From Octopus vulgaris (lineage: Eukaryota), in contig OX597819.1 of assembly GCA_951406725.2 (NCBI GenBank), positions 40,424,001 through 40,488,000 of the forward strand: a stretch of 64,000 bases of DNA. Reading direction: 5' to 3'. Below, in pieces: positions 53,940 to 64,000 of this stretch (positions are counted from its first letter, which is position 1; every line of letters begins with the position of its first letter). Position numbers and translations under genes: made by a program. The notes below the pieces were generated by a model, which worked only from the letters and a program-made list of their open reading frames with translations, had not been told where the DNA came from and did no database searches.

Positions 53940-54470
53940 AATCCTTTCTGCTGTAGGCACAAGGCCTGAAATTTGGGGAAAGGGAGCTAGTCGATTACAT
54001 TGACCCCAGTGCGTAACTGGCACTTAATTTATCGAACCCAAAAGCTTGAAAGGCAAAGTCAGCTTCAGGAGAATTTGAACTCAGAACGTAAAGACGGACG
54101 AAATACCTATTTCTTTACTACCCACAATGGGCTAAACACAGAGAGGGCAAACGGATTAAGTCGATTATATCGACCCATGTGCGTAACTGGTACTTATTTA
54201 ATCGACCCCGAAAGGATGAAAGGCAAAGTCGACCTCGGCGGAATTTGAACTCAGAGCGTAACAGCATACGAAATACGGTTACGCATTTCGCCCGGCGTGC
54301 TAACGTTTCTGCCAGCTCGCCGCCTAATAATAATAATAATAATATTCCTTTCTACTAAAGGCACGAGGCCTGAAATTTAGGAAGGCGACTAGTCGATTAC
54401 ATCGACCTCCTGTGTTTCACTGGTACTTAATTTATCGACCCCGAAAGGATAAAAGTCAAAGTCGACCTCG
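53940..54470 (-). mobile_element. Cluster of a second SINE family (ggcgagctggcagaa head); others at about 2250-2465, 5168-5345, 22040-22530, 44200-44365 and 58790-58990
   Basis: Recurrent ...ctgagttcaaattccgccgaggtcgactttgcctttcatcctttcggggtcgat... with (TAA)n flanks. Confidence 0.85.
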
Positions 54471-54989
54471 GCGGCGGTGGAGGAAGCGAAGAAGAACCAC
54501 AACAACAAAAGATAAATAAATAAACAAATAAATAACCTTAAGGGAAGTAACTCTGAAATTTCAAAAGGAGATAACTCTTACAATTATATCCAGACATTTT
54601 TCAACCAGATTGAAAAGATCCTGGATTACAGTCGCTCAAAATGGTAGCAGTCCTTTTGTTGCATTAGGGACAAATGGATTAATTGATACTGTTCCTTTAT
54701 ATATATATTAGTTTATTATTGATTAATTTTGGAGCAGAAAATATTGTCAACTTGGACAGTGTGCTATTCAAGATTATAACTCTTTTACTGGTCTCAGTCA
54801 TTTGACTGTGGCTATGCTGGAGCACCGCCTTTATAGTCGAGCAAATCAACCTCAGAGCTTATTCTTTGTAAGCCTAGTACTTATTCTATCGGTCTCTTTT
54901 GCAGAACTGCTAAGTTACGGGGACGTAAACACACCAGCATCGGTTGTCAACCGATGTTGGGGGGGACAAACATAGACATAGAAACATAT

Positions 54990-55024
<35 letters not shown>

Positions 55025-55489
55025 CATACATATATACGACGGGCTTCTTTCAGTTTCTGTCTACTAAATCCACTCACAAGGCTTTGGTTGGCCCGAGGCT
55101 ATAGTAGAAGACACTTGCCTAAGATGCCATGCAGTGGGAATGAACCCGGAACCATGTGGTTGGTAAGCAAGCTACTTACCACACAGCCACTCCTTACTTA
55201 AAAAAATTATCTATTCAAACACTGATGGCCAACAAGGATATTCCATCTGTTCCCAATAGCAAGAGACATTCAAATATTAGTAGTTTCAATTAAACTTTTG
55301 TTACCATGTTTCTATTGAAATATACTGCAAATGGTTCAATCAATTTTTATTGAAGAATTTAGTGAAAATAACTATCATTATGCATTTGAATTTGGTGGTA
55401 AATACTTCAGAGTTTATATTTTGAAAAAGAATTTAATTCCAGTTAATGAGTGAAAAGTTGTGTTTTTTTTTTTTTTTTTTTTTTTTTCA

Positions 55490-56290
55490 CTTTGTCCTGT
55501 ACTGTAAAATCAATGTAAATACATTTATTTCAGTGTCAGAGCTTTCATCATTAATTTGTTCAATAAATTCTACACTTTTCAACAATAAACTTTTTGTTTC
55601 TGCAATTTACGTTTTAATTTTTTTCAAATGTAGGACATTTCCCTTTTAACAATGCATATTCATAACCACAGCTTGTACAGTTAGGAAACATCATTTTGGC
55701 CAGCTGGTACGTATCGACAACTCCTATATCTACTTCATGGAAAATATTGATTCTTTTAAAATTCAATATCATTTCTTTTTATTACTGTTGTTATACATAC
55801 ATCAAATGACGTATTTCCCGACTGCAGCTGTTCCAACATTCTTGATTCATGGGATATATATATGTTGCATACCTTTAACAAGATTTATTGGCATTCCTCT
55901 TCAATACGATAACCCTGACCAATTGTATCTAACTCACAATATCTCCACCCATTACAAAACCTCATAAATTGACAATGAACTCAAAAATATTTCTGACAAA
56001 GATTCATATAAAAACTTAATTCCTTCTGCAACAACCAACTTCTTTTTAAGTCCCACAGGACTCATTGCCATCTCTTGTATTTTGCTTAAACAGATGCCCT
56101 CCAGTTGTTTTGGATTAGGCTTTTTGTATAGCTTCAATACCTGTCTTAATAAATAAAAACATATAATCTCCTTCAGACCTGTGTCCAGCATTATCTTTCA
56201 ATGTTTTTCATTCTTGTAATGATTCTTTATATTCAGAAGTCTCAATGAATTGTAGATCAAAGCTATTATAAAACTAATGGCCACCTTAAA
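55490..56290 (-). pseudogene. Possible decayed coding remnant of unknown origin
   Basis: Several consecutive protein-like open segments in shifting frames on the minus strand, ending next to a 24-nt poly(A) (poly-T at 55464-55487). Confidence 0.3.
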
Positions 56291-58414
56291 CATGTCTAAT
56301 CACATACAAACATACAAAAAGCTTGTACTAATAGTTACATTAATGACATATTTACACCATACAATATTCATTGTATTTTGCACCTTGCTGTAGCACTAAC
56401 ATCTTCACATTAAATAAATATATTGAAAAATGTAATGGTATTTATTGAGGAAATGTAAATGTTAAAGATGTGGCTGTGTGGTAATAAGTTTGCTTCCCAA
56501 CCACATAATTCCAGGTTCAATACCATTGTGTGGCACCTTGAGCAAGTATCTTCTACTACAGCCTCATGTCAACCAAAGCCTTGTGAGTGGATTTGGTAGA
56601 TAGAAACTGAAAGAAGCTTATTGTGTATGTGTGTGTAAGGGGGTACACACACACACACACACAATAGGCGCCTTTCAGGTTCTGTCTACCACACACACAC
56701 ATATATATATACATGCATATGTGTATTACTGTCTCCTTACCATGACATTACATGACAGTTGTAGATGAGTGTCACTGTCATGCAAGCAGTGTCCTTTGTT
56801 TCTAATATTCTGTGAAAATATGTCTGATCGTAGGGAAATATTACCTTGCTTGTAAACAGGTGAGGGTTGGAAACAGGAAGAGCATCCAGCCATAGAAAAT
56901 TCACCTCTGCAAATTCTGTCCAATCCATGCAAGTGTGGAAAAGTGAATGTTATGATGATGATGATGAAAGTAAGGATTAAAACTGTCAATTGATCTTTGT
57001 AGAACTTTAAAAAAAATTATATCATCATCATCGTTTAACATCCATCATCATCATCATCATTGTTCGACTGTGGTCGAGACAATGGAATTTACCATGCTAC
57101 GCCAGACTTCACGGTCCATCATGGCATTACAGAGGTCCTGTTGCTGGATGCCCGCATCCCTGGAGATTACATCAGGGTAGGAGAGTGTGCGCCCTCTGGT
57201 ATTGCGAGTAGATGGCCTCCAGAGGAGAAGAGTAGAAATTACTTCTTTTTCAGCTCTACAACAATGTCCAGCAAACTGGACTCTCCTACCTTTCACATCC
57301 GCTTTCCATACTAGCTTGGGTTGGAAGATTTTGACTGAGGGCTGGCGAACCAGATGGCTGCACCAGACTCCAATCTTGATCTGGCAGAGTTTCTACAGCT
57401 GGATGCCCTTCCTAACGCCAACCACTTTGAGAGTGTAGTGGGTGCTTTTTATGTGCCACTGGCATGGGGGCCAGTCAGGCAGTACTGGCAATGACCTCGC
57501 TCGAATCTTTTTACACGTGCCACCGGCACAGTTGCCAATAAGGTGACATTGGTGCCCTTTTATGTGCCAGGCTCGAATGGTGCCCTTTTATGTGCCACGG
57601 GTATGGAAGCCAGTTGGCTGCTCTGGCAACGATCATGCTTGGATGGTGCTCTTGGCACCCTACTAGCACAGGCACAAGTGCCAGTAAGGTGACACTGGTA
57701 ATGATCACACTCGAATGGTGCCTTTTATGTGCCACTGGCATGGAAATGATAGAATGTAATCAACATAAATGTATTTTTATGCAAAATTCCAATTTTTTTT
57801 TTTACTAGGCTACACTAAAGGGCATGAGATATCATATGTGGCATTAAGGTATGTTCCCCAAGTTACTACATAAAAAGGTGAGGATTTTATATAAACCAGG
57901 TATTCTGAGCCAGTAATGAGCCTAAGTAACAGAGTGAAGTAAATCAAGAAAAATGATATTGTTCCATAATAATGATAAAAGTTCAATTGTGAATACCGGC
58001 AGTGGAAATGAGGATCACTGGGTATTGTTACTCAACAGGATGCATAGTCTGGGAATCAGGGAATCTCTCTACTTTTTAACATTGAGAGGTCACAATTCCA
58101 GTACTAAGGACATGTGGTTAGAATGCTGCAGAAAAGGGTCACAAGACAGATTCAAGTCAAGCCAAATAGCAGGAGACCTAGGGGTAGATAATGGGTGAAA
58201 TGGTTGGATAATATCCAGTTTCAGTTGGTTATGTTTGGTAATCCAGCAGTGAAGTTTAATGGTTGTTGCTTCTGATAGGACCGTATGGAAGAGGTGCCTG
58301 AGGACTCAAGCCCCATGACTCTCTCAGGAATAGAGGCAGCAAAAATAGATGGATGGATAAACATAACTTAAACAATGTTGAACACACATATACAAAGTAT
58401 GTGATTTGTCAATA

Positions 58415-58553
58415 CATGGGCAGGCTGTGATTTATAGGCACAAGAGAAAACTTTCTCGTCAATACGCCTGGTGCAAAAACACCTAGAAGTCATAAACCAG
58501 AAGTATTGATGAGAAAACTTTCTCTCATGCCTATGAATCACAACCTGCCCATG
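58415..58553. repeat. Short fold-back element (about 50-bp arms), probable MITE remnant, in an intron
   Basis: catgggcaggctgtgatttataggc...tcaatac pairs with gtattga...gcctatgaatcacaacctgcccatg. Confidence 0.7.
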
Positions 58554-59104
58554 AACTGGCAAAACACATACCTTGTATATGTGTGCATTCATCATCATCA
58601 TCATCGTTTAACATCCGATTTCCATGCTAGCATGGGTTGGACGATTTGACTGAGGACTGGCGAACCAGATGGCTGCACCAGACTCCAATCTTGATCTGGC
58701 AGAGTTTCTACAGCTGGATGCCCTTCCTAACGCCAACCACTCCGAGAGTTCCTCAGGCTGCTTCTCATTCATATTCGAATAACTGTTTCTAATTTATGCA
58801 TACAGCCAGTAATTTTGAAGGAAGGGTGGGAGGGGGTTAGTCAATACCACTGACCCTTGTACTTAACAAGTACTTTATTTTATTTGTCCTGGAGAGATGA
58901 ACAACAAAGTTAACCTTGGCAGGATTTGAAAATCAAAGTGTAAAGAGTTGGAAGAGATACCACAAGGCATTTTTTGAGACAGTTTTTTGTGATTCTGTAC
59001 ATCCTAAAAAAATATCATTGCAATTGCAAATAAATTCAAGATTAAAAGTTTCTATGGAAGAAGCAGACACTAAAAAAAAAAAAAAGACAAGAAAAGCAGC
59101 TTAC

Positions 59105-59238
59105 TTTCAAGTTAGATGGATCTTGTGGGCCGCCATAAGCAATATTCAGTTGGTAAAACCCAAAAATACAAGTTGCCCCAAAAACAGTACCAAATGTGAC
59201 TCTTTTAATAAGGCTTCTTTGGGGTTGTTTCGTTGAGC
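59105..59238 (-). CDS. Second coding exon of the same gene ((S)STKQPQRSLIKRVTFGTVFGATCIFGFYQLNIAYGGPQDPSNLK), containing one predicted TM helix
   Basis: Acceptor ttttattctctgttcaAG and donor GTAAGC at 59104-59099. The 134-nt exon is open in the phase-1 frame set by the previous exon and ends in phase 0. Hydrophobic stretch VTFGTVFGATCIFGFYQLNIAY. Confidence 0.8.
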
Positions 59239-59999
59239 CTTGAACAGAGAATAAAAACGAATTGTTATTGTTTACCTGATAATATTTATTCTTGATAATA
59301 TTTTTATTTTATTTCTTCCCCAAAATGTTAGTCTGTAACCCCCTCCCCCCTTGTCTCTATATGTTTTACCTCTTCCCTTAGATTACAAGTCATGACCTCA
59401 TTTCAAATCTTCAGATGACTCATTTCTAGCTTAGCTACAACCAACCACCAGCGTATTTCTCTTAGATTATCCTCTGTGTAGTTAAGAAGCTTACTTCCAA
59501 GCATCTTGGATTTAGTCCCACAGTGCAGTGCTTTGAACAAGTGTCTTCTACTATAGACCCAGGCCAATCAAACCTTGTGAATGGATTTGGTAGACAGAAA
59601 CTAAAAGAAGCCTGTCATACATACACACACACATATACAATGGGCTACTGAAAATTTCTTGGCTTTAGGTAAAAGAAAAGAGGATCAGTTAATTACGATT
59701 TTATTCAACATATTCCCCTCTCATATTCACATACTCATTGCAGGGGTCCTTCAGTTTTTCTAAGCCCTGTAAAAAAACTCAGAAGGTTGGGCCTCCAGCC
59801 AGGCCTTTTCTGATATCCTGAAAGTCAGGAACTTTTCAGCACCTCTCATAGTAGAAAACACTTGCCCAAGTTGCCATGCAGTGAGACTGAACCCAAAACC
59901 ACATGGCTGGGATGCAAGCTTCTTAACCAAACAGCCATACTCACACTTGAAACATTACATATTAACTGTAGTAACAAACAAGAAACTTAGTGGGTTTTA

Positions 60000-60700
60000 C
60001 TTACTTACTTGTACTTGTAGCGACATTCACCCTGGGCGCATTGAGTCCGCTTCTTCTACCACCCTCAAGGTATCTCGAACCATGGCAGCCCACGCACGAC
60101 AGTCCTGCACCAGTTCACTGGAGATAGCGAACCAGTCACGGTTCCATCGGTGCAGGCTGACCACCAGCAGACCCGTGAGGTCCTCCTTGATCGTCGTAAC
60201 CCAGGTCTTCAGCTGCCCGTCCATGCGTTTCCGCCAGTTAGGAAGTGGAGTTGGGAGAAGGACATCACAGCTCAGTTCACCCACCAGATGCCTACATGCA
60301 TGCCCAAACCACCACAAGCGCCGTTGCAGGACAGATGGAAGGGGCCGCAGAGACAGGTGAAGTCAGAGATTAGCGGTGGGAACTCGATCCACCCGACGGC
60401 AGCGAAGAATGCACCAGAAGCAGTCATTGTCGAAGACTTCCAGCCTTCATTGATCGACCACCTGCATAGGCCACGTTTCACAGCTATAGAGAAGTACTGT
60501 ACGAACGACGGCCTGATATATTCGCCCTTTGGTCACCGATGAGATCTCCCTTCGGTCCCACAGACACCGCTTTTAGGCGTCAAAGGCAGATCGAGCAGCA
60601 TTGATGCAATGATCGACCTCAGCTGCACCCTGACCGTTTGGGATCACTGTTGAGCCCAAGTAGACGAAAGACTCCACATCCTCCAGGTCCTCGCCCGCGA
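60000..60700 (-). mobile_element. RTE-like LINE 3' fragment (family of 14670-15140) in an intron of the small mitochondrial-protein gene
   Basis: EDVESFVYLGSTVIPNG, WWFGHACR and GQLKTWVTTIKEDL; 3' tail acaagtacaagtaagtaagt. gaaacttagtgggttttac occurs on both flanks (about 59982-60000 and 60701-60719) as a probable TSD. Confidence 0.9.
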
Positions 60701-60936
60701 GAAACTTAGTGGGTTTTACACAAATAGATGTCAAATTATAACACAGATATTTTAGTGCCATTCAAATGAAGACCAAAAACATTCTAGCATTATATTTACA
60801 TATATTCTAACATTATATTTACATATATTTCCACCATGTTCTCTACCATTCTCTGAATATATAATTACAAGAAACAGATGCAAATAACAGTGCCTTTTTT
60901 TTTCTTTAAAAAAAAAAAGCACTAAGTTCTACTTAC

Positions 60937-61039
60937 TTGTTGACTGAAGCCTACATGTCTGAGTCAGTTTGGTGAAGAGTCTGACGGTCAACAGAGGAGA
61001 ACGGTAGGTTTTAGCTACTAAATATCGCAGAGACATCAT
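60937..61039 (-). CDS. First coding exon of a small putative mitochondrial membrane protein (MMSLRYLVAKTYRSPLLTVRLFTKLTQTCRLQST)
   Basis: Minus-strand exon 61056-60937 has a polypyrimidine acceptor (ttttattttattttttcAG) and a GTAAGT donor at 60936-60931. An in-frame TAA lies just upstream of the ATG at 61039. The peptide is Arg/Ser/Leu/Thr-rich with no acidic residues, as in mitochondrial presequences. Ends in phase 1. Confidence 0.8.
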
Positions 61040-62438
61040 TGCTTGGTTTTAGTTTTCTGAAAAAATAAAATAAAATTATAGATAAGTAAAGAAATATAAT
61101 TGGCAGTTGATTGAATTGACAGAATGTCAAACACCTGCCTTTTGATAACTGTTCTGGTTCTTTGAATTCTGAGCACAAATAACTTTGTATTTCATCCTTC
61201 ATGATGCCAATGTATAAAGCACCAGTCAAATACTGAAGTCAATTCTTCTCCCACCCTCTCTCTCTCTCTCAGAATCAGCAACACAGTGCAGAGGGGGTTG
61301 TGGAGGAATACTCATAGTATTCTCTTTCTCCAAGAAACTGAGGTGTGTTCAGCTAGGAGTTGCCTTCCTCTTGCTAGGAGTTCAGCTAGGAGTTGCCTTC
61401 CAAAATGCTACATAAACTATCCAAAGAAACCAAGGAATATGGCATGCATGGACAGACCAGTGTGCTCTATGACACAAAATGGTTAAAACAAGAAAAAAAA
61501 AGAAAGAAAAGAAAATTAGTTTTCCCCCATTATTTAGGAACTTAAAACTAACAGAAATCCTCTCATAAGTCAGTCTGATTAACTCTTGTGAGCATATTTC
61601 TAATGAAAGATATTACCTATGTAGTTCAAGTAATTTTTGAAAAAGTCAAGAATTTGGAGAGATTCCTTAAAATAACTACTTTTGCATTATTAAGCAGAAG
61701 TTTGAATTCAAATATGAACACTTCCAACCAAGAAGTTTTGTAATTGTAATCAAAGGCAGCATGAAGCAGATTGGTAAGAAAAGGGTTAAAAAATATGTAT
61801 TCTACTTGCTCTAGTTCTATTGAGACTGTATTCAATGTTAGTTGTAGATAGTCTTACAATCTGCACTGGGAAAATTCCTAAGATGCAAGCCTATGTAATT
61901 TCCTTTTTTCCTTTGTTAAGGAAGACCAAGCTGAGTAGTTAAGAAGCATACTTTGCAACCACATGGTTTCAGGTTTGGCCCCTCTGTGCAGCACCTCAGG
62001 CAGGTGTCTTCTACTGTGCCCTGGGTCAACCAATATCTTGTGCACGAATTTGATAGAAGGAAACTGTGCAGAAGCCTGTTGTGTATGTGTGTGTCTTTAT
62101 GCTTATCCCCTCACGACTTGACAACTGGTGTTGGTTTGTTTACGTCTCCAGAACTTAGTGGTTCAGCAAAAGAGACTGACAGAAAGAGTACCAAACTTAA
62201 AAATAAGTGCTGGGGTCGATTTGTTCGGCTAAACCTCCAATTACTGAAACAAGTAAAAGATAAAAAGATAAAGTTGTCCATGCATACAATACCTCCTCTT
62301 TATGCCACCAATGTTGTCAAAGAGAAAGGTAAGGAACTGATCCAGCTTGATAGAAGTCTAATTGCAGGCATTGCATTGCCATCAGGACACAGAGAACTGG
62401 AGCAGATACCACAAGGAATGTCATCCAACACTAACAAC

Positions 62439-62815
62439 GTCCCCAAAGTCCATCCCCTCCTCACCGTGGTGGGGACGCTGGCAACGGGTAGTGTCAGAGC
62501 TATGCCGTCGGGAACTTCGGTTCCTGGTAGGGCCACCCAAGGCGGATTGGTCTGACACTGAGTGGTATTAGGGCCACAACCCGGCAGACGGGACTCTGGT
62601 GAAAATCCTCGGAGTGTCTGCTTCGGCAACTGGTGGCTCCTCGGTCGTTCTGTCCCTGCGTCTGCGGACAATCTGCGGCAAACAGGATGTCTCCACATAC
62701 AGGATTGTTGGGGACCGCTTGTGAAATCCACGTATTCCCACAAAACTTTTTCCATGAGTAGAAGCCGACTCAACCCGCCCAAGGTGAATGTCGCCACAAG
62801 TACAAGTAAGTAAGT
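62439..62815 (+). mobile_element. Non-autonomous bipartite RTE derivative: structured 5' UTR fused to the LINE 3' tail
   Basis: 9-bp TSD actaacaac at 62430-62438 and 62816-62824. The 5' part carries the RTE-type agctatgcc...ggtagggccacccaaggcgg signature. The last ~55 bp match the 3' tails at 15090-15140 and 60000-60060. Confidence 0.8.
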
Positions 62816-63714
62816 ACTAACAACCTTGCTCATCCACTACTCTAGACTAGCACCTGTTTTTCCATCCATCCCCCAAAATAATTAAAGGTGTACACAATAG
62901 AGAAATTTCCAATTTATGCTCATTGCATTTTTCATTTATTAAGGTTTTTTTATGATTGGATACATTAACCCTTTAACATTTAGATTATTCTTCAAATGTA
63001 ATGCTTATTTATTCACATTGTTTTGAATTAGTCATGTAACATCTCTTAGCTTAAAGATTTCAATGATATGATTGTTTATTTTTACAATGACATTAAAAGG
63101 TAGGTGTGAGAGGCCAAATCTACCCAGTTTGAGCATAAAACAGGTAGAATATTTGGGCCAGGTACAGCCGGTTTAACCCTTTCGTTACTGTATTTATTTT
63201 GAGATGCTCTGTGTTTCTTTCAATTATTTTAAATATAACAAAGAATTTAGTAAAATAACTTAGTCATCTTTCAGCTGGTGTTAGGAACATAAATTGTGAC
63301 TAAGGTTTGGTGGAAGATAAAACAGGTAGAATATTTGGGCCAGGTACAGCTGGCTTAAATGCTAAAGGGTCAACCAATTTACAGAATAGACTGGGTGCAT
63401 TTTGTTGTGCCACTGGCACTAAAGAAGTTATCTACAGTGGAACTAAAGCAGCCTCTTCTACCTTGCATTAGTTCTTATTCAGAGTTACTGCTCTCTTAGA
63501 TGGGTTACCTGCATTGCAGCTTATATAGTTGACATCTCTCCCATTAATTGTTTTGCTTTTGAAACACACATACACACACAAGTGCATATATATCTTTCTT
63601 TGGAATTGGACTGTGAAGTACATATAAAGCTATAAATAATAGCAAGTAAATGTTAGGTTGAAAATCCTTTTTGGACAGAAAAAAAATCAAAGGGTTGCCT
63701 TTGACATCTTCATG

Positions 63715-64000
63715 CTTCATGGCAGTGAAACAGGGACCGTGACTGCAGAGGTCTTGCGTAGGCTTGAAAGAAATGAAGCTAGCATGATCCACTGGATGCG
63801 TAATGTCAGTGTGCACGCATAACAGAGTGTAAGTGCCCTGAGAGAAATGTTGGACATAAGAAGGATTGGATGTGGCATGCAAGAGAGACGTTTGCGTTGG
63901 TATGGATGGATGAGGAGAGCTGTGTGAAGAAGTGCCACTCCCAAACAGTGGAAGGAATCCGGGGTAGAGGTAGACCCAGGAAGACATAGATTAGGTGGTG
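63715..64000 (+). mobile_element. RTE LINE fragment running off the window end
   Basis: HGSET, RLERNEASMIHW, RRLRWYG and RGRPRKT motifs as in the main copy. Confidence 0.85.

Noticed and set aside
59105-61039. N-terminus of a longer mitochondrial enzyme such as PTGES2 (presequence, TM, then ...NLK)
   Set aside because: I found no downstream exon with the expected CPFC thioredoxin motif by eye, whereas a phase-matched terminal exon exists at 50513. Not fully excluded.
61953-62833. 200-aa and 177-aa overlapping ORFs
   Set aside because: They run across a SINE and the non-coding RTE derivative and have no protein motifs.

Overview
AT-rich, microsatellite- and transposon-dense animal DNA. The repeat landscape is most consistent with an octopus genome: tRNA-derived SINEs, RTE-clade LINEs with (GAT)n tails, Helitrons, Tc1/mariner elements, TTAA-flanked MITEs and Penelope-like termini inside (TA)n tracts. 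That assignment is inferred from repeat families, not proven. Two host genes are supported, both on the minus strand. (1) A spliced gene that the ORF track misses (coding exons 61039-60937, 59238-59105 and probably 50513-50487) encodes an 87-aa protein with a mitochondrial-presequence-like N-terminus and one transmembrane helix, resembling the small COX7A/COX8-type respiratory subunits. (2) A 382-aa gene with a single coding exon (9007-7859), a hydrophobic N-terminus and no recognisable domain, with a probable non-coding first exon and promoter near 10.9-11.3 kb. The most unusual signals are RNA-structural. A minimal type-I hammerhead-like fold carries a swapped G3:C8 core pair inside a Penelope-like inverted repeat (19976-20026). 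Several decayed hammerhead remnants occur elsewhere. A 377-bp TSD-bounded non-autonomous RTE derivative begins with an HDV-ribozyme-like stem (62439-62815). All calls were made by eye, without database searches.
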